Part shown: one piece after another, positions 23,401 to 32,911 of the stretch
Layout of the letters: each line of letters begins with the position of its first letter
How positions within the stretch are numbered: the stretch's first letter is position 1
Source of the DNA: Macrostomum lignano
Lineage: Eukaryota
NCBI GenBank assembly: GCA_002269645.1
Contig: NIVC01002548.1
Location: forward strand, 98,269 to 162,268
Direction of reading: 5' to 3'
DNA: 64,000 nt
Program-made: the position numbers and the translations under genes
The notes under the pieces: generated by a model
Database searches by the model: none
Told to the model about the DNA's origin: nothing
The model's input: only the letters and a program-made list of their open reading frames with translations

Positions 23401-26400
23401 CAGAATGTCGCTCCTTTGGCAGCGTGGAGCTTAGTCATACTGTATTAAATGCAGTGTCTGGCTAGAGCCCAGGGCCATCAAGGAGACTTGGACAACAGAT
23501 CGTCCTCGTCCCAGGCCGCTGGGGCTTGACTGGGAGATGGGAGTTGGTCGACGTCCATGGCCTCCTCACCCCCACCGGCCCCCCCAGCAGAGTCCTCAGG
23601 CTCCGATGACAGGATGGAGGAAGCTTCCTCACCTGCATCTTTACCTTCAGACCCCACCAGGGTGGCCGAGGAGAGCTCGGATTCCGAAGACCCGGCCTCG
23701 TCCTCAACTCCTTCTCCGACTGGCAGGTTTGGTTCCCGGGGCTTGGCCGGAGCCGTTACCACGGTCGCCGAACTGCTGCTAGCAGAGGGGCGAGACGCAG
23801 CTTTGGCTTTGGGATCGGCTTGCGCCTTTCCTTGGGCCTTAGACTGCGCCCCGCTCTTGCCGGAGATGCCGGGGTTGGCAGTAGCCTTCCCTTTGGCAGA
23901 CTTTCCTCGGCGCATCTTGAGCTTGAGGGCACCCAGCTGGAAAGAGGATCCATTAGGGTACCGACTCGCCCAAGTGCTGGAAAGGCCGAGGACAATTGAG
24001 TTGCCCGTCTCCCCCCTGCGGACTTTGCGGTGATACACCAGTCCACTAGCAGGGAGGTCGGGGTTCAGACGCAGTAGGACCCGGCGAATAACGTCTGGTC
24101 CAGCTGCGGTGCTCTTAGCAGGGACGAAAACCACATAGGGTATCGTCTTTGGACGCTGGCCCTCGCGAAGAAAAAGAGCTCCGCCAAGGTCAGCATCCAA
24201 GGAGACCGTCGGTAGCCACTGGAGCAGCTGCCGAGCGTTCTCCTCGCTGCTAGGAGCAATAAGAACGAATGTGCTTCGCAGCACCATCCGCTCAATGCCG
24301 ATGGAGATTCCCTCCTCGACAGTCAGCTCAATCAGATAGGAGTCAACAGCACTCCACACTTTTTGAAGCTGATCAGTGGTCCAGTCCTGGTCGCGACCTT
24401 GGATGATCACTCCCGGGAGTTTGGCCTTGGCCTTCGCCGCAAAGGTAGCTCCCGAAGGAACCTCCTTGTTGGCAGTGGCCATTTGTTGCGCCGTGGTTTC
24501 GGCCTCAGCAGCCGCAGCAGCATCTCCAGGGAGCGCCGCCGCTGAACTACCGGAGCTTCCACCGGCCGGCCCGTCTGGTTGCCTTGGGACGCCAGTCGCT
24601 TCAGCATCCATGGTGGACGCCGCCGCTTTGGCCCCCGCAGCTCCCTTCTTGGCCTGCCTTTTGGCGCGTTGTTTAGCGCGTTTGCGCTCAAGCCGAGCCC
24701 GCTGAGCTTCGTCGGATCTGCCAGATTTGGCCGGTCCTTTAGGCTCAGAGCTCGCGGTTCCCTTAGATCCACCAGCGGAGCTGGCAGGTCTTTGGGTATT
24801 TTGAGTTTGGTAGCTCTGGTCGAATCTGCCAGCAGAGCCAGCCGGTCCTTCCTTTGCCACAGTTGAATCAGTCGGTTGGGATCTGCCAGCAGGGCCGGCC
24901 GGTCCTTCGGACTGAGGTTGGGGTTTAGAAGGGTCCCCGTCCCTAGAAATAGCTTGTTTATCCATAGTCGGCTCGAAGGCCATGATAGAAGGTTGGTGGG
25001 CTACCCTCAAAGGGGCGCGGTACCCACCCGGCCGCTCCACCTGACCGGGCAGTAGGCCAATAGCACCCTCAAGGCTGGCCCGACACCAGGAGGGGACCGC
25101 TTGCGACCGGACTACTCCCCGGCCTTCCAGCCCATCGGCACGGTCAACACCTTAGGCATTAGAGAGTACGTTGAGCAGTACCACGGCCTGCAGGTTGGCG
25201 AGCCAGACCCGCATACCCAAATTCGGCCGAAGCCACTGGATAGGGTCGCCAGCGCCGGAGCCCAGTCTGTCCAGCAGCCCTAGGGACTGCCTTGAACACA
25301 CGCGGGGACGAGTACCCTGGGTCGACTTGCGAGACAGCGTGGGGGGGTCTGCGGCTGCCAGAGGCAAATAGAGGGTGCAGACCTCCCACCAGCCTTGACC
25401 TGCTGAAGATAGGGGCAGGCGTGAAGCATCGCAGACCTTAGCCCATGGGCCTAGTCTGTCTCATACTTCACTGGCATGCTGAATACGCCTTCGCGTGCAC
25501 CTTCGCGTGCGATTATCCTCAGAATCGCCCTCTATTATTCTCAGAATCTTCTCTATTATCTTCAGAATCGCCCTCTATGATCCTTAGAACCGCCCTCTGT
25601 TATCCTTAGAATCGCCCTCTGTTATCCTTAGAATCGCCCTCTGTTATCCTTAGAATCACCCTCTGTTATCCTTAGAATCGCCTTCTATTATCCTTAGAAT
25701 CGCCCTCTGTTATCCTTAGAATCGCCCTCTATTATCCTTAGAATCGCCCTCTATTATCCTCAGAATCGCCCTCTATTATCCTCAGAATCGCCCTCTATTA
25801 TCTTCAGAATCGCCCTCTATTATCCTCAGAATCGCCCTCTATTATCCTCAGAATCGCCCTCTATTATCCTCAGAATCGCCCTCTATTATCCTCAGAATCG
25901 CCCTCTATTATCCTCAGAATCGCCCTCTATTATCCTCAAAATCGCCGTCTATTATCCTCAGAATCGCCCTCTATGATCCTCAGAATCGCCCTCTGTTATC
26001 CTCAGAATCGCCCTCTATGATCCCCAGAATCGCCATCTATTATCTTCAGAATCGCCCTCTATTATCCTCAGAATCGCCCTCTGTTATCCTCAGAATCGCC
26101 CACTATGATCCTCAGAATCGCCCTCTATGATTCTCAGAATCGCCCTCTATGATCCTCAGAATCGCCCTCTATTATCCTCAGAATCGCCCTCTATTATCCT
26201 CAGAATCGCCCTCTATTATCCTTAGAATCGCCCTCTATTATCCTCTGAATCGCCCTCTATTATCCTCAGAATCGCCCTCTGTTATCCTCAGAATCGCCCT
26301 CTGTTATCCTCAGAATCGCCCTCTATGATCCTCAGAATCGCCCTCTGTTATCCTCAGAATCGCCCTCTATGATCCCCAGAATCGCCATCTATTATCTTCA

Positions 26401-28858
26401 GAATCGCCCTCGATTATCCTCAGAATCGCCCTCTGTTATCCTCAGAATCGCCCTCTGTTATCCTCAGAATCACCCTCTATTATCTTCAGAATCGCCCTCT
26501 GTTATCCTCAGAATCGCCCTCTGTTATCCTCAGAATCACCCTCTATTATCCTCAGAATCGCCCTCTGTTATCCTCAGAATCACCCTCTATTATCCTCAGA
26601 ATCGCCCTCTGTTATCCTCAGAATCACCCTCTATTATCCTCAGAATCGCCCTCTATGATCCCCAGAATCGCCATCTATTATCTTCAGAATCGCCCTCGAT
26701 TATCCTCAGAATCGCCCTCTGTTATCCTCAGAATCGCCCTCTGTTATCCTCAGAATCACCCTCTATTATCCTCAGAATCGCCCTCTGTTATCCTCAGAAT
26801 CACCCTCTATTATCCTCAGAATCGCCCTCTGTTATCCTCAGAATCACCCTCTATTATCCTCAGAATCGCCCTCTGTTATCCTCAGAATCACCCTCTATTA
26901 TCCTCAGAATCGCCCTCTGTTATCCTCAGAATCGCCCACTATGATCCTCAGAATCGCCCACTATGATCCTCAGAATCGCCTTCCCCAAGAATGTAGAATA
27001 AAAAAAACAATTTGCTATCAAGTTTGTTGCGCTACTCACAGTAGCACCTAAGCGCATGCATCCCCCAATCCGCCACCTTCCAGAGACATAATCGCCCTCG
27101 GCTTCGACCCCGAGCGCACGTTCATCTTCTCCGACCTGGACTACATCGGCTCGTCCCCGGAGTTCTACCGCAACATGTGCCGGGTGCAGAAGGCGGTGAC
27201 CTTCAACCAGGCCAAAGGCATCTTCGGCTTCACCGAGAGCGACTGCATCGGCAAGATCTCCTTCCCGGCTATCCAGGCTGCTCCATCGTTCTCATCGAGT
27301 TTCCCCCGGATTTTCAACTCCCGATCGGACATCCCCTGCCTGATCCCGTGCGCCATCGACCAGGATCCCTACTTCCGCATGACCCGGGACGTGGCTCCGA
27401 GAATCGGCTGCCCGAAGCCGGCGCTGCTGCACAGCACCTTCTTCCCTGCGCTGCAGGGCTGCCAGACTAAAATGTCCGCTTCGGATGCGAACTCGTCGGT
27501 CTTCCTGACCGACACGCCGAAGGCTGTGAAGGACAAGATTAACAAATACGCTTTTAGCGGCGGCGGCGCCACAGTCGAGGAGCATAAGAAGAATGGCGGC
27601 AACTGCGACATTGACGTGAGCTATCAGTACCTGCGATTCTTTCTGGACGATGACCAGCGATTGGAAAAGATTCGACAGGTGGGTTTTTTGTTCGGCCGAT
27701 TCCTAAGAGTCTCGTTTTCTTGGAGAGTTTATTTTAGGAATCATTCAGTGCTCTAGTTTCGGAGAATAGTCTAGTTTCTTACGAAACATCCGTCCATTCT
27801 CATTTCTAAGAATCGCCATCTATTCTCATTTCTAAGAATCGCCATCTATTCTCGTTTCTAAGAATCGCTATATCTATTATTATTTCTAAGAATCGCCATC
27901 TATTCACCTTTCTTAGAATCGCTATATCTATTATTATTTCCAAGAATCGCGTCTTTTCTCATTTCTAAGAATCGCCGTCTATTCTAAGAATCGCCATCTA
28001 TTCTAATTTCTAAGAATCGCCATCTATTCTCATTTCTAAAAACCGCCATCTATTCTCATTTCTAAGAATTGCCATCTATTCTCATTTCTAAAAACCGCCA
28101 TCTATTCTCATGTCTAAGAATCGCCATCTATTCTCATTTCTAAGAATCGCCATCTATTCTCATTTCTAAGAATCGCCATTTATTCTCGTTTCTAAGAATC
28201 GCCATTTATTCTCATATCTAAGAATCGCCATCTATTCTCATGTCTAAGAATCGCCATCTATTCTCATTTCTAAGAATCGCCATCTATTCTCATTTCTAAG
28301 AATCGCCATCTATTCTTATTTCTAAGAATCGCCATCTATTCTCATTTCTAAGAATCGCCATCTGTTCTCATTTCTAAGAATTGCCATCTATTCATTTCTA
28401 GGAACCGCCATCTATTCTCATTTCTAAAAACCGCCATCTATTCTCATTTCTAAGAATCGCCATCTATTCTCATATCTAAGAATCGCCATCTATTCTCATA
28501 TCTAAGAATCGCCATCTATTCTCATTTCTAAGAATCGCCATCTATTCTCATTTCTAAGAATCGCCATCTATTCTTATTTCTAAGAATCGCCATCTATTCT
28601 CATATCTAAGAATCGCCATCTATTCTCATATCTAAGAATCGCCATCTATTCTCATCTCTATGAACCGGCCACCCTTTGCCAATGAATTCCAACCCGCAGG
28701 ACTACAGCAGCGGCGATTTACTCACTGGCTACCTGAAGAAGGAGCTGATCGAGCTGCTGCAGGCATTCCTTAAGAGCCATCAAGAGAAGCGCAAAGCTGT
28801 CACTGATGAAGTTGTCAAACAGTTTATGACGCCCAGGAAGTTGAAATTCGACTATTAA
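20473..28858 (+). CDS. WARS1: Tryptophanyl-tRNA synthetase, cytoplasmic (4 exons)
   Basis: Exons 20473-20605, 21354-21699, 27084-27678, 28700-28858 join in frame (DKLI-K-RFGSS; ENA-K-DIIALG; IRQ|DYSSG). [25 protein letters not shown]-like [18 protein letters not shown] motifs. Confidence 0.97.
20700..21316. repeat. 47-bp minisatellite filling WARS intron 1
   Basis: Unit GGGATTATTGCTTGGATTATCAGTGCTGTCAAATTCCA(A/G)GAAACACG, 47-nt period, about 12 copies. Confidence 0.9.
21800..22508. repeat. 22-bp minisatellite, WARS intron 2 (left of LINE)
   Basis: Unit CAGAATCGCCCTCTATTATCCT. Confidence 0.95.
22608..23438 (-). CDS. Truncated LINE ORF2: APE N-terminus fused in frame to RNase H C-half plus C-terminal CCHC
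   Basis: [13 protein letters not shown] (APE start motif as in R1/LOA) joined directly to [13 protein letters not shown]...[23 protein letters not shown] (RNase H) and CSFC...[11 protein letters not shown]. No RT motifs anywhere. Confidence 0.85.
   Translation of the reverse strand: MTKLHAAKGATFCLQINLQHCVSASVNLMKNTGKNIIFHSDSQAALHAISGCSTNSATVLDCIKLLNMLGSANKITLKWVPGHVGIRGNELADTLAKVGASGSSLGPEPLVPIPGCVIDSRIKAWIRTQHRSTWANRTNCRQSRDAVPQPSHQLRKLLLRLSRRDIRAATMTLSGHGCFSRHQYLQGNATNATCSFCNSGDETAEHFVSICPAFTRARLTYLGPHTSITQACKPENFNQLMRYLRATRRAELSFPESTIAAGDTGGPPWAAPTLRP
23478..24983 (-). CDS. LINE ORF1 (gag-like), about 501 aa, uninterrupted
   Basis: First ATG at 24983 (MAFEPTM). Low-complexity basic/acidic termini around a globular core (GVIIQGRD...PYVVFVP...IVLGLS...[11 protein letters not shown]) resembling the DUF4780-type ORF1 of LOA elements (inference); no zinc knuckle seen. 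Confidence 0.8.
   Translation of the reverse strand: MAFEPTMDKQAISRDGDPSKPQPQSEGPAGPAGRSQPTDSTVAKEGPAGSAGRFDQSYQTQNTQRPASSAGGSKGTASSEPKGPAKSGRSDEAQRARLERKRAKQRAKRQAKKGAAGAKAAASTMDAEATGVPRQPDGPAGGSSGSSAAALPGDAAAAAEAETTAQQMATANKEVPSGATFAAKAKAKLPGVIIQGRDQDWTTDQLQKVWSAVDSYLIELTVEEGISIGIERMVLRSTFVLIAPSSEENARQLLQWLPTVSLDADLGGALFLREGQRPKTIPYVVFVPAKSTAAGPDVIRRVLLRLNPDLPASGLVYHRKVRRGETGNSIVLGLSSTWASRYPNGSSFQLGALKLKMRRGKSAKGKATANPGISGKSGAQSKAQGKAQADPKAKAASRPSASSSSATVVTAPAKPREPNLPVGEGVEDEAGSSESELSSATLVGSEGKDAGEEASSILSSEPEDSAGGAGGGEEAMDVDQLPSPSQAPAAWDEDDLLSKSP
25258..25510 (-). ncRNA. Predicted HDV-like self-cleaving ribozyme at the LINE 5' end
   Basis: Minus strand: P1 GCACGCG (25510-25504, duplicate 25498-25492) / CGCGTGT (25304-25298) with G1.U wobble; P2 GACCCA (25323-25318) / TGGG-C-TC (25264-25258); P3 GGG/CCC; L3 TACTCGT; P1.1 AC/GT; P4 GCAGTCC-CTA-GGGCTGC; J4/2 CAGA with catalytic C at 25269. 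Confidence 0.8.
25511..26985. repeat. 22-bp minisatellite, WARS intron 2 (right of LINE)
   Basis: Same unit as 21800-22508; recurring variant blocks suggest higher-order duplications. Confidence 0.95.
27796..28660. repeat. 26-bp minisatellite filling WARS intron 3
   Basis: Unit TCTAAGAATCGCCATCTATTCTCATT, 26-nt period. Confidence 0.95.
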
Positions 28859-29320
28859 AGCAAATTTCGACCAAATTTAGCGTTGATTGGCTCTGTTCGC
28901 TTTTATTCGGAATTTTTCCTGGTTTAGTTTTCGTTTTAGGCTTTACCTGGAGGGCAAATAATTTAAAGTCAATGAATTAAAGAACTTCAAGGATTATTTA
29001 TTTGTGTTAAAAATTCCAATGACGGATTATGCCATTAATGGATTATCCATCCTAACAGCTCTTTCTTTGATGCCTTTCGAAGCTATAGATAGCTGTATGT
29101 CTGTCACCTGAGTTTCTGTGTAGACCTAACCGCGATATATCTGATCTGATAGCTATGTGTTTACAAAGACCCTGCGTGTGCTTTGCTTTTTGTTCATTAT
29201 CAACTGCTTGTTGTCTGCTTGTGCATATTGTTCCAGATATTTCCGATTCAAGGCTAGAGGTGGCATCTGGATCAGGAGAATGAAATCCTGATTTGACAAG
29301 TTAGATTCAGTTTCTCAAAG

Positions 29321-29598
29321 GTTTGTAGCCTAGCGGTCAGAGCGTTGGACTAACGACTGAAAGGCCAGGGGTTCGATTCTCGATCCACTCGGAACAATTT
29401 GTGTCCTTGAGCAAGAGACACTTAACTCTGCATTGCTTCAGTTCACCCAGCTGTAAAATGGGTGCCAGAATTAGCTGGGGTAATTGAGGGTGTGTGGTGA
29501 CCCCCCAGTGCAATGGACTGAGCAGCGCCGCGCTATAGCTGCGGCTGAGCTGTCGGTTGCACATCTGGTCATTAGGGCAGGTGAAATCAAGAAAGGAC
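29321..29598 (+). mobile_element. tRNA-derived CORE-like SINE (copy 2)
   Basis: A box TAGCCTAGCGGTCAGAG, B box GGTTCGATTC, GTGTCCTTGAGCAAGAGACACTTAAC...CACCCAGCTGTAAAATGGG. Candidate 7-bp TSD CTCAAAG at 29314-29320 and 29599-29605. Confidence 0.88.
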
Positions 29599-32281
29599 CT
29601 CAAAGTGAGATTTAGGAGCTCAAAGTGAGATTTAGGAGCTGAAAGTGAGATTAGGGAGCTCAAAGTGAGATTTAGGAGCTGGAAGTGAGATTTAGGACCT
29701 TAAAGTGAGATTTAGGAGCTGGAAGTGAGATTTAGGACCTTAAAGTGAGATTTAGGAGCTGAAAGTGAGATTTAGGAACTGAAAGTGAGATTTAGCAGCT
29801 CAAAGTGAGATTTAGGACCTTAAAGTGAGATTTAGAACCCTAAAGTGAGATTTAGGAGCTGAAAGTGAGATTTAGGAGCTGGAAGTGAGATTCAGGACCT
29901 TTAAGTGAGATTTAGGAGCTCAAAGTGAGATTTAGGAGCTCAAAGTGAGATTAAGGAGCTCAAAGTGAGATTTAGGAGCTGGAAGTGAGATTTAGGAGCT
30001 GGAAGTGAGATTTAGGACCTTAAAGTGAGATTTAGGAGCTGGAAGTGAGATTTAGAAGCTGAAAGTGAGATTTAGGAGCTCAAAGTGAGATTTAGGAGCT
30101 GAAATTGGGATTTAGGACCTTAAAGTGAGATTTAGGAGCTGAAAGTGAGATTTAGGAGCTCAAAGTGGGATTTAGGACCTTAAAGTGAGATTTAGGACCT
30201 TAAAGTGAGATTTAGGAGCTAAAATTGGGATTTAGGACCTTAAAGTGAGATTTAGGAGCTCAAAGTGAGATTTAGGAGCTGAAATTGGGATTTAGGAGCT
30301 GAAAGTGAGATTTAGTAGCTCAAAGTGAGATTTAGGAGCTCAAAGTGAGATTTAGGAGCTCAAAGTGAGATTTAGGAGCTCAAAGTGAGATTTAGGAGCT
30401 CAAAGTGAGATTTAGGAGCTGAAAGTGAGATTTAGAAGCTGAAAGTGAGATTTAGGAGCTGAAAGTGAGATTTAGGAGCTTAAAGTGAGATTTAGGAGCT
30501 CAAAGTGAGATTTAGGAGCTCAAAGTGAGATTTAGGAGCTCAAAGTGAGATTTAGGAGCTCAAAGTGAGATTTAGGAGCTCAAAGTGAGATTTAGGAGCT
30601 CAAAGTGAGATTTAGGAGCTCAAAGTGAGATTTAGGAGCTCAAAGTGAGATTTAGGAGCTGAAATTGGGATTTAGGACCTTAAAGTGAGATTTAGGAGCT
30701 CAAAGTGAGATTTAGGAGCTGAAATTGGGATTTAGGACCTTAAAGTGAGATTTAGGAGCTCAAAGTGAGATTTAGGAGCTGAAATTGGGATTTAGGACCT
30801 TAAAGTGAGATTTAGGAGCTGAAATTGGGATTTAGGACCTTAAAGTGAGATTTAGGACCTTAAAGTGAGATTTAGGAGCTTAAAGTGAGATTTAGGAGCT
30901 GAAATTGGGATTTAGGAGCTGAAAGTGAGATTTAGTAGCTCAAAGTGAGATTTAGGAGCTGGAAGTGAGATTTAGGAGCTCAAAGTGAGATTTAGGAGCT
31001 GAAATTGGGATTTAGGACCTTAAAGTGAGATTTAGGAGCTCAAAGTGAGATTTAGGAGCTCAAAGTGGGATTTAGGACCTTAAAGTGAGATTTAGGACCT
31101 TAAAGTGAGATTTAGGAGCTGAAATTGGGATTTAGGACCTTAAAGTGAGATTTAGGACCTTAAAGTGAGATTTAGGAGCTGAAATTGGGATTTAGGAGCT
31201 GAAATTGGGATTTAGGAGCTGAAAGTGAGATTTAGTAGCTCAAAGTGAGATTTAGGAGCTGAAAGTGAGATTTAGGAGCTCAAGGTGAGATTTAGGAGCT
31301 TAAAGTGAGATTTAGGACCTCAAAGTGAGATTTAGGACCTCAAAGTGAGATTTAGGACCTCAAAGTGAGATTTAGGACCTCAAAGTGAGATTTAGGAGCT
31401 CAAAGTGAGATTTAGGAGCTCAAAGTGAGATTTAGGACCTCAAAGTGAGATTTAGGAGCTCAAAGTGAGATTTAGGAGCTCAAAGTGAGATTTAGGAGCT
31501 CAAAGTAAGATTTAGGACCTGAAATTGGGATTTAGGACCTCAAAGTGAGATTTAGGAGCTCAAAGTGAGATTTAGGAGCTCAAAGTGAGATTTAGGAGCT
31601 CAAAGTGAGATTTAGGAGCTCAAAGTGGGATTTAGGACCTTAAAGTGAGATTTAGGACCTTAAAGTGAGATTTAGGAGCTCAAAGTGAGATTTAGGAGCT
31701 CAAAGTGGGATTTAGGACCTTAAAGTGAGATTTAGGACCTTAAAGTGAGATTTAGGAGCTGAAATTGGGATTTAGGACCTTAAAGTGAGATTTAGGACCT
31801 CAAAGTGAGATTTAGGACCTCAAAGTGAGATTTAGGACCTCAAAGTGAGATTTAGGAGCTCAAAGTGAGATTTAGGAGCTCAAAGTGAGATTTAGGAGCT
31901 CAAAGTGAGATTTAGGAGCTCAAAGTGGGATTTAGGACCTTAAAGTGAGATTTAGGACCTTAAAGTGAGATTTAGGAGCTCAAAGTGAGATTTAGGAGCT
32001 CAAAGTGGGATTTAGGACCTTAAAGTGAGATTTAGGACCTTAAAGTGAGATTTAGGAGCTGAAATTGGGATTTAGGACCTTAAAGTGAGATTTAGGACCT
32101 TAAAGTTAGATTTAGGAGCTGAAATTGGGATTTAGGAGCTGAAAGTGAGATTTAGTAGCTCAAAGTGAGATTTAGGAGCTGGAAGTGAGATTTAGGAGCT
32201 CAAAGTGAGATTTAGGAGCTCAAAGTGAGATTTAGGACCTCAAAGTGAGATTTAGGAGCTCAAAGTGAGATTTAGGAGCTC
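29599..32281. repeat. 20-bp satellite (AGGAGCTCAAAGTGAGATTT), about 134 copies
   Basis: Exact 20-nt period across 2.7 kb with a few recurrent variants (GGACCTTAAAG, GAAATTGGGA). Confidence 0.97.
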
Positions 32282-32689
32282 TACTGCGTTGTAAAGCAAT
32301 TAATTTTATTTAATTCTCTTTCTTAAGCTATGTTTAATCTCGTTATAACAAAGTTAATTAAGCTATTATATAGATAATTATATTAACTGCCTTCTCTAAT
32401 AAACCGAAAGCTGCTGTATTTGCTAAAAAATGGATACTAAAAAATCAAATACATGCGCACGCCGCTTGTGCTTTGAGTAGTCTAAATACAGCGCGCGAGT
32501 CTGTGAGCTTTACATGACTAATGCGAAATTTACTTTGCGCCATTCTATTGCAAGCTACTTGTGGACTGCTAATTGTTATTCATTAAATCTTCGATTGTCT
32601 GCTTTTTTGCCTGGAAAGGCTACGAGCGTACATGTACAATCTGCATCTAACCGACACAGATGGGCCTGTAGCGCTGCAGCGTCGCATAG

Positions 32690-32911
32690 AAGGCGGTACA
32701 CGTATCGACGGGTTCAGACCTGACCCCGACTGTATGGGCCCTGCAAGGTGAGCAGTAGGACGTCCTGAACAGGTTGGGGGCAGTAGCCTTCGGCCTGGAT
32801 CACGTGGCCCGCCAGGTAAAGTCTCCGAAGGTGCAGGACGATGGACGGGCGCTGCAGCTTGGCCCGATATACATGCACTAGCTGTTTACAGTTTGCATTC
32901 ACAGGTGACAA
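32690..32911 (-). mobile_element. LINE (RTE-like) C-terminal remnant
   Basis: RRLYLAGHVIQ...P...VLL...GPYSRG resembles the RLxWAGHVxR post-RT region of RTE-group LINEs. Confidence 0.45.

Larger units (their letters stand above)
22509..25510 (-). mobile_element. Internally deleted non-LTR retrotransposon (LOA/R1-group-like), ORF1 intact, endonuclease and RT deleted
   Basis: TSD GATTATCCT at 22500-22508 and 25511-25519 (10 bp if the shared C at 22499/25510 is counted). 3' tail TAAGTCAAGAAGTAAGTCAA preceded by hairpin TGTCCC-CTTC-GGGACA. ORF1 followed 40 nt later by a truncated ORF2. Confidence 0.9.

Noticed and set aside
25432-25458. Hairpin GCCCATGGGC-TAA as ribozyme P4 and J4/2
   Set aside because: No room for P3 and P1 between it and its pairing partner; more likely a J1/2 hairpin of the ribozyme described.
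29321-29390. tRNA gene
   Set aside because: No acceptor-stem closure, and it continues into a SINE body shared with the 1130 copy.
29599-32281. CRISPR-like regular array
   Set aside because: No unique spacers, no cas genes, eukaryotic context; a plain satellite.
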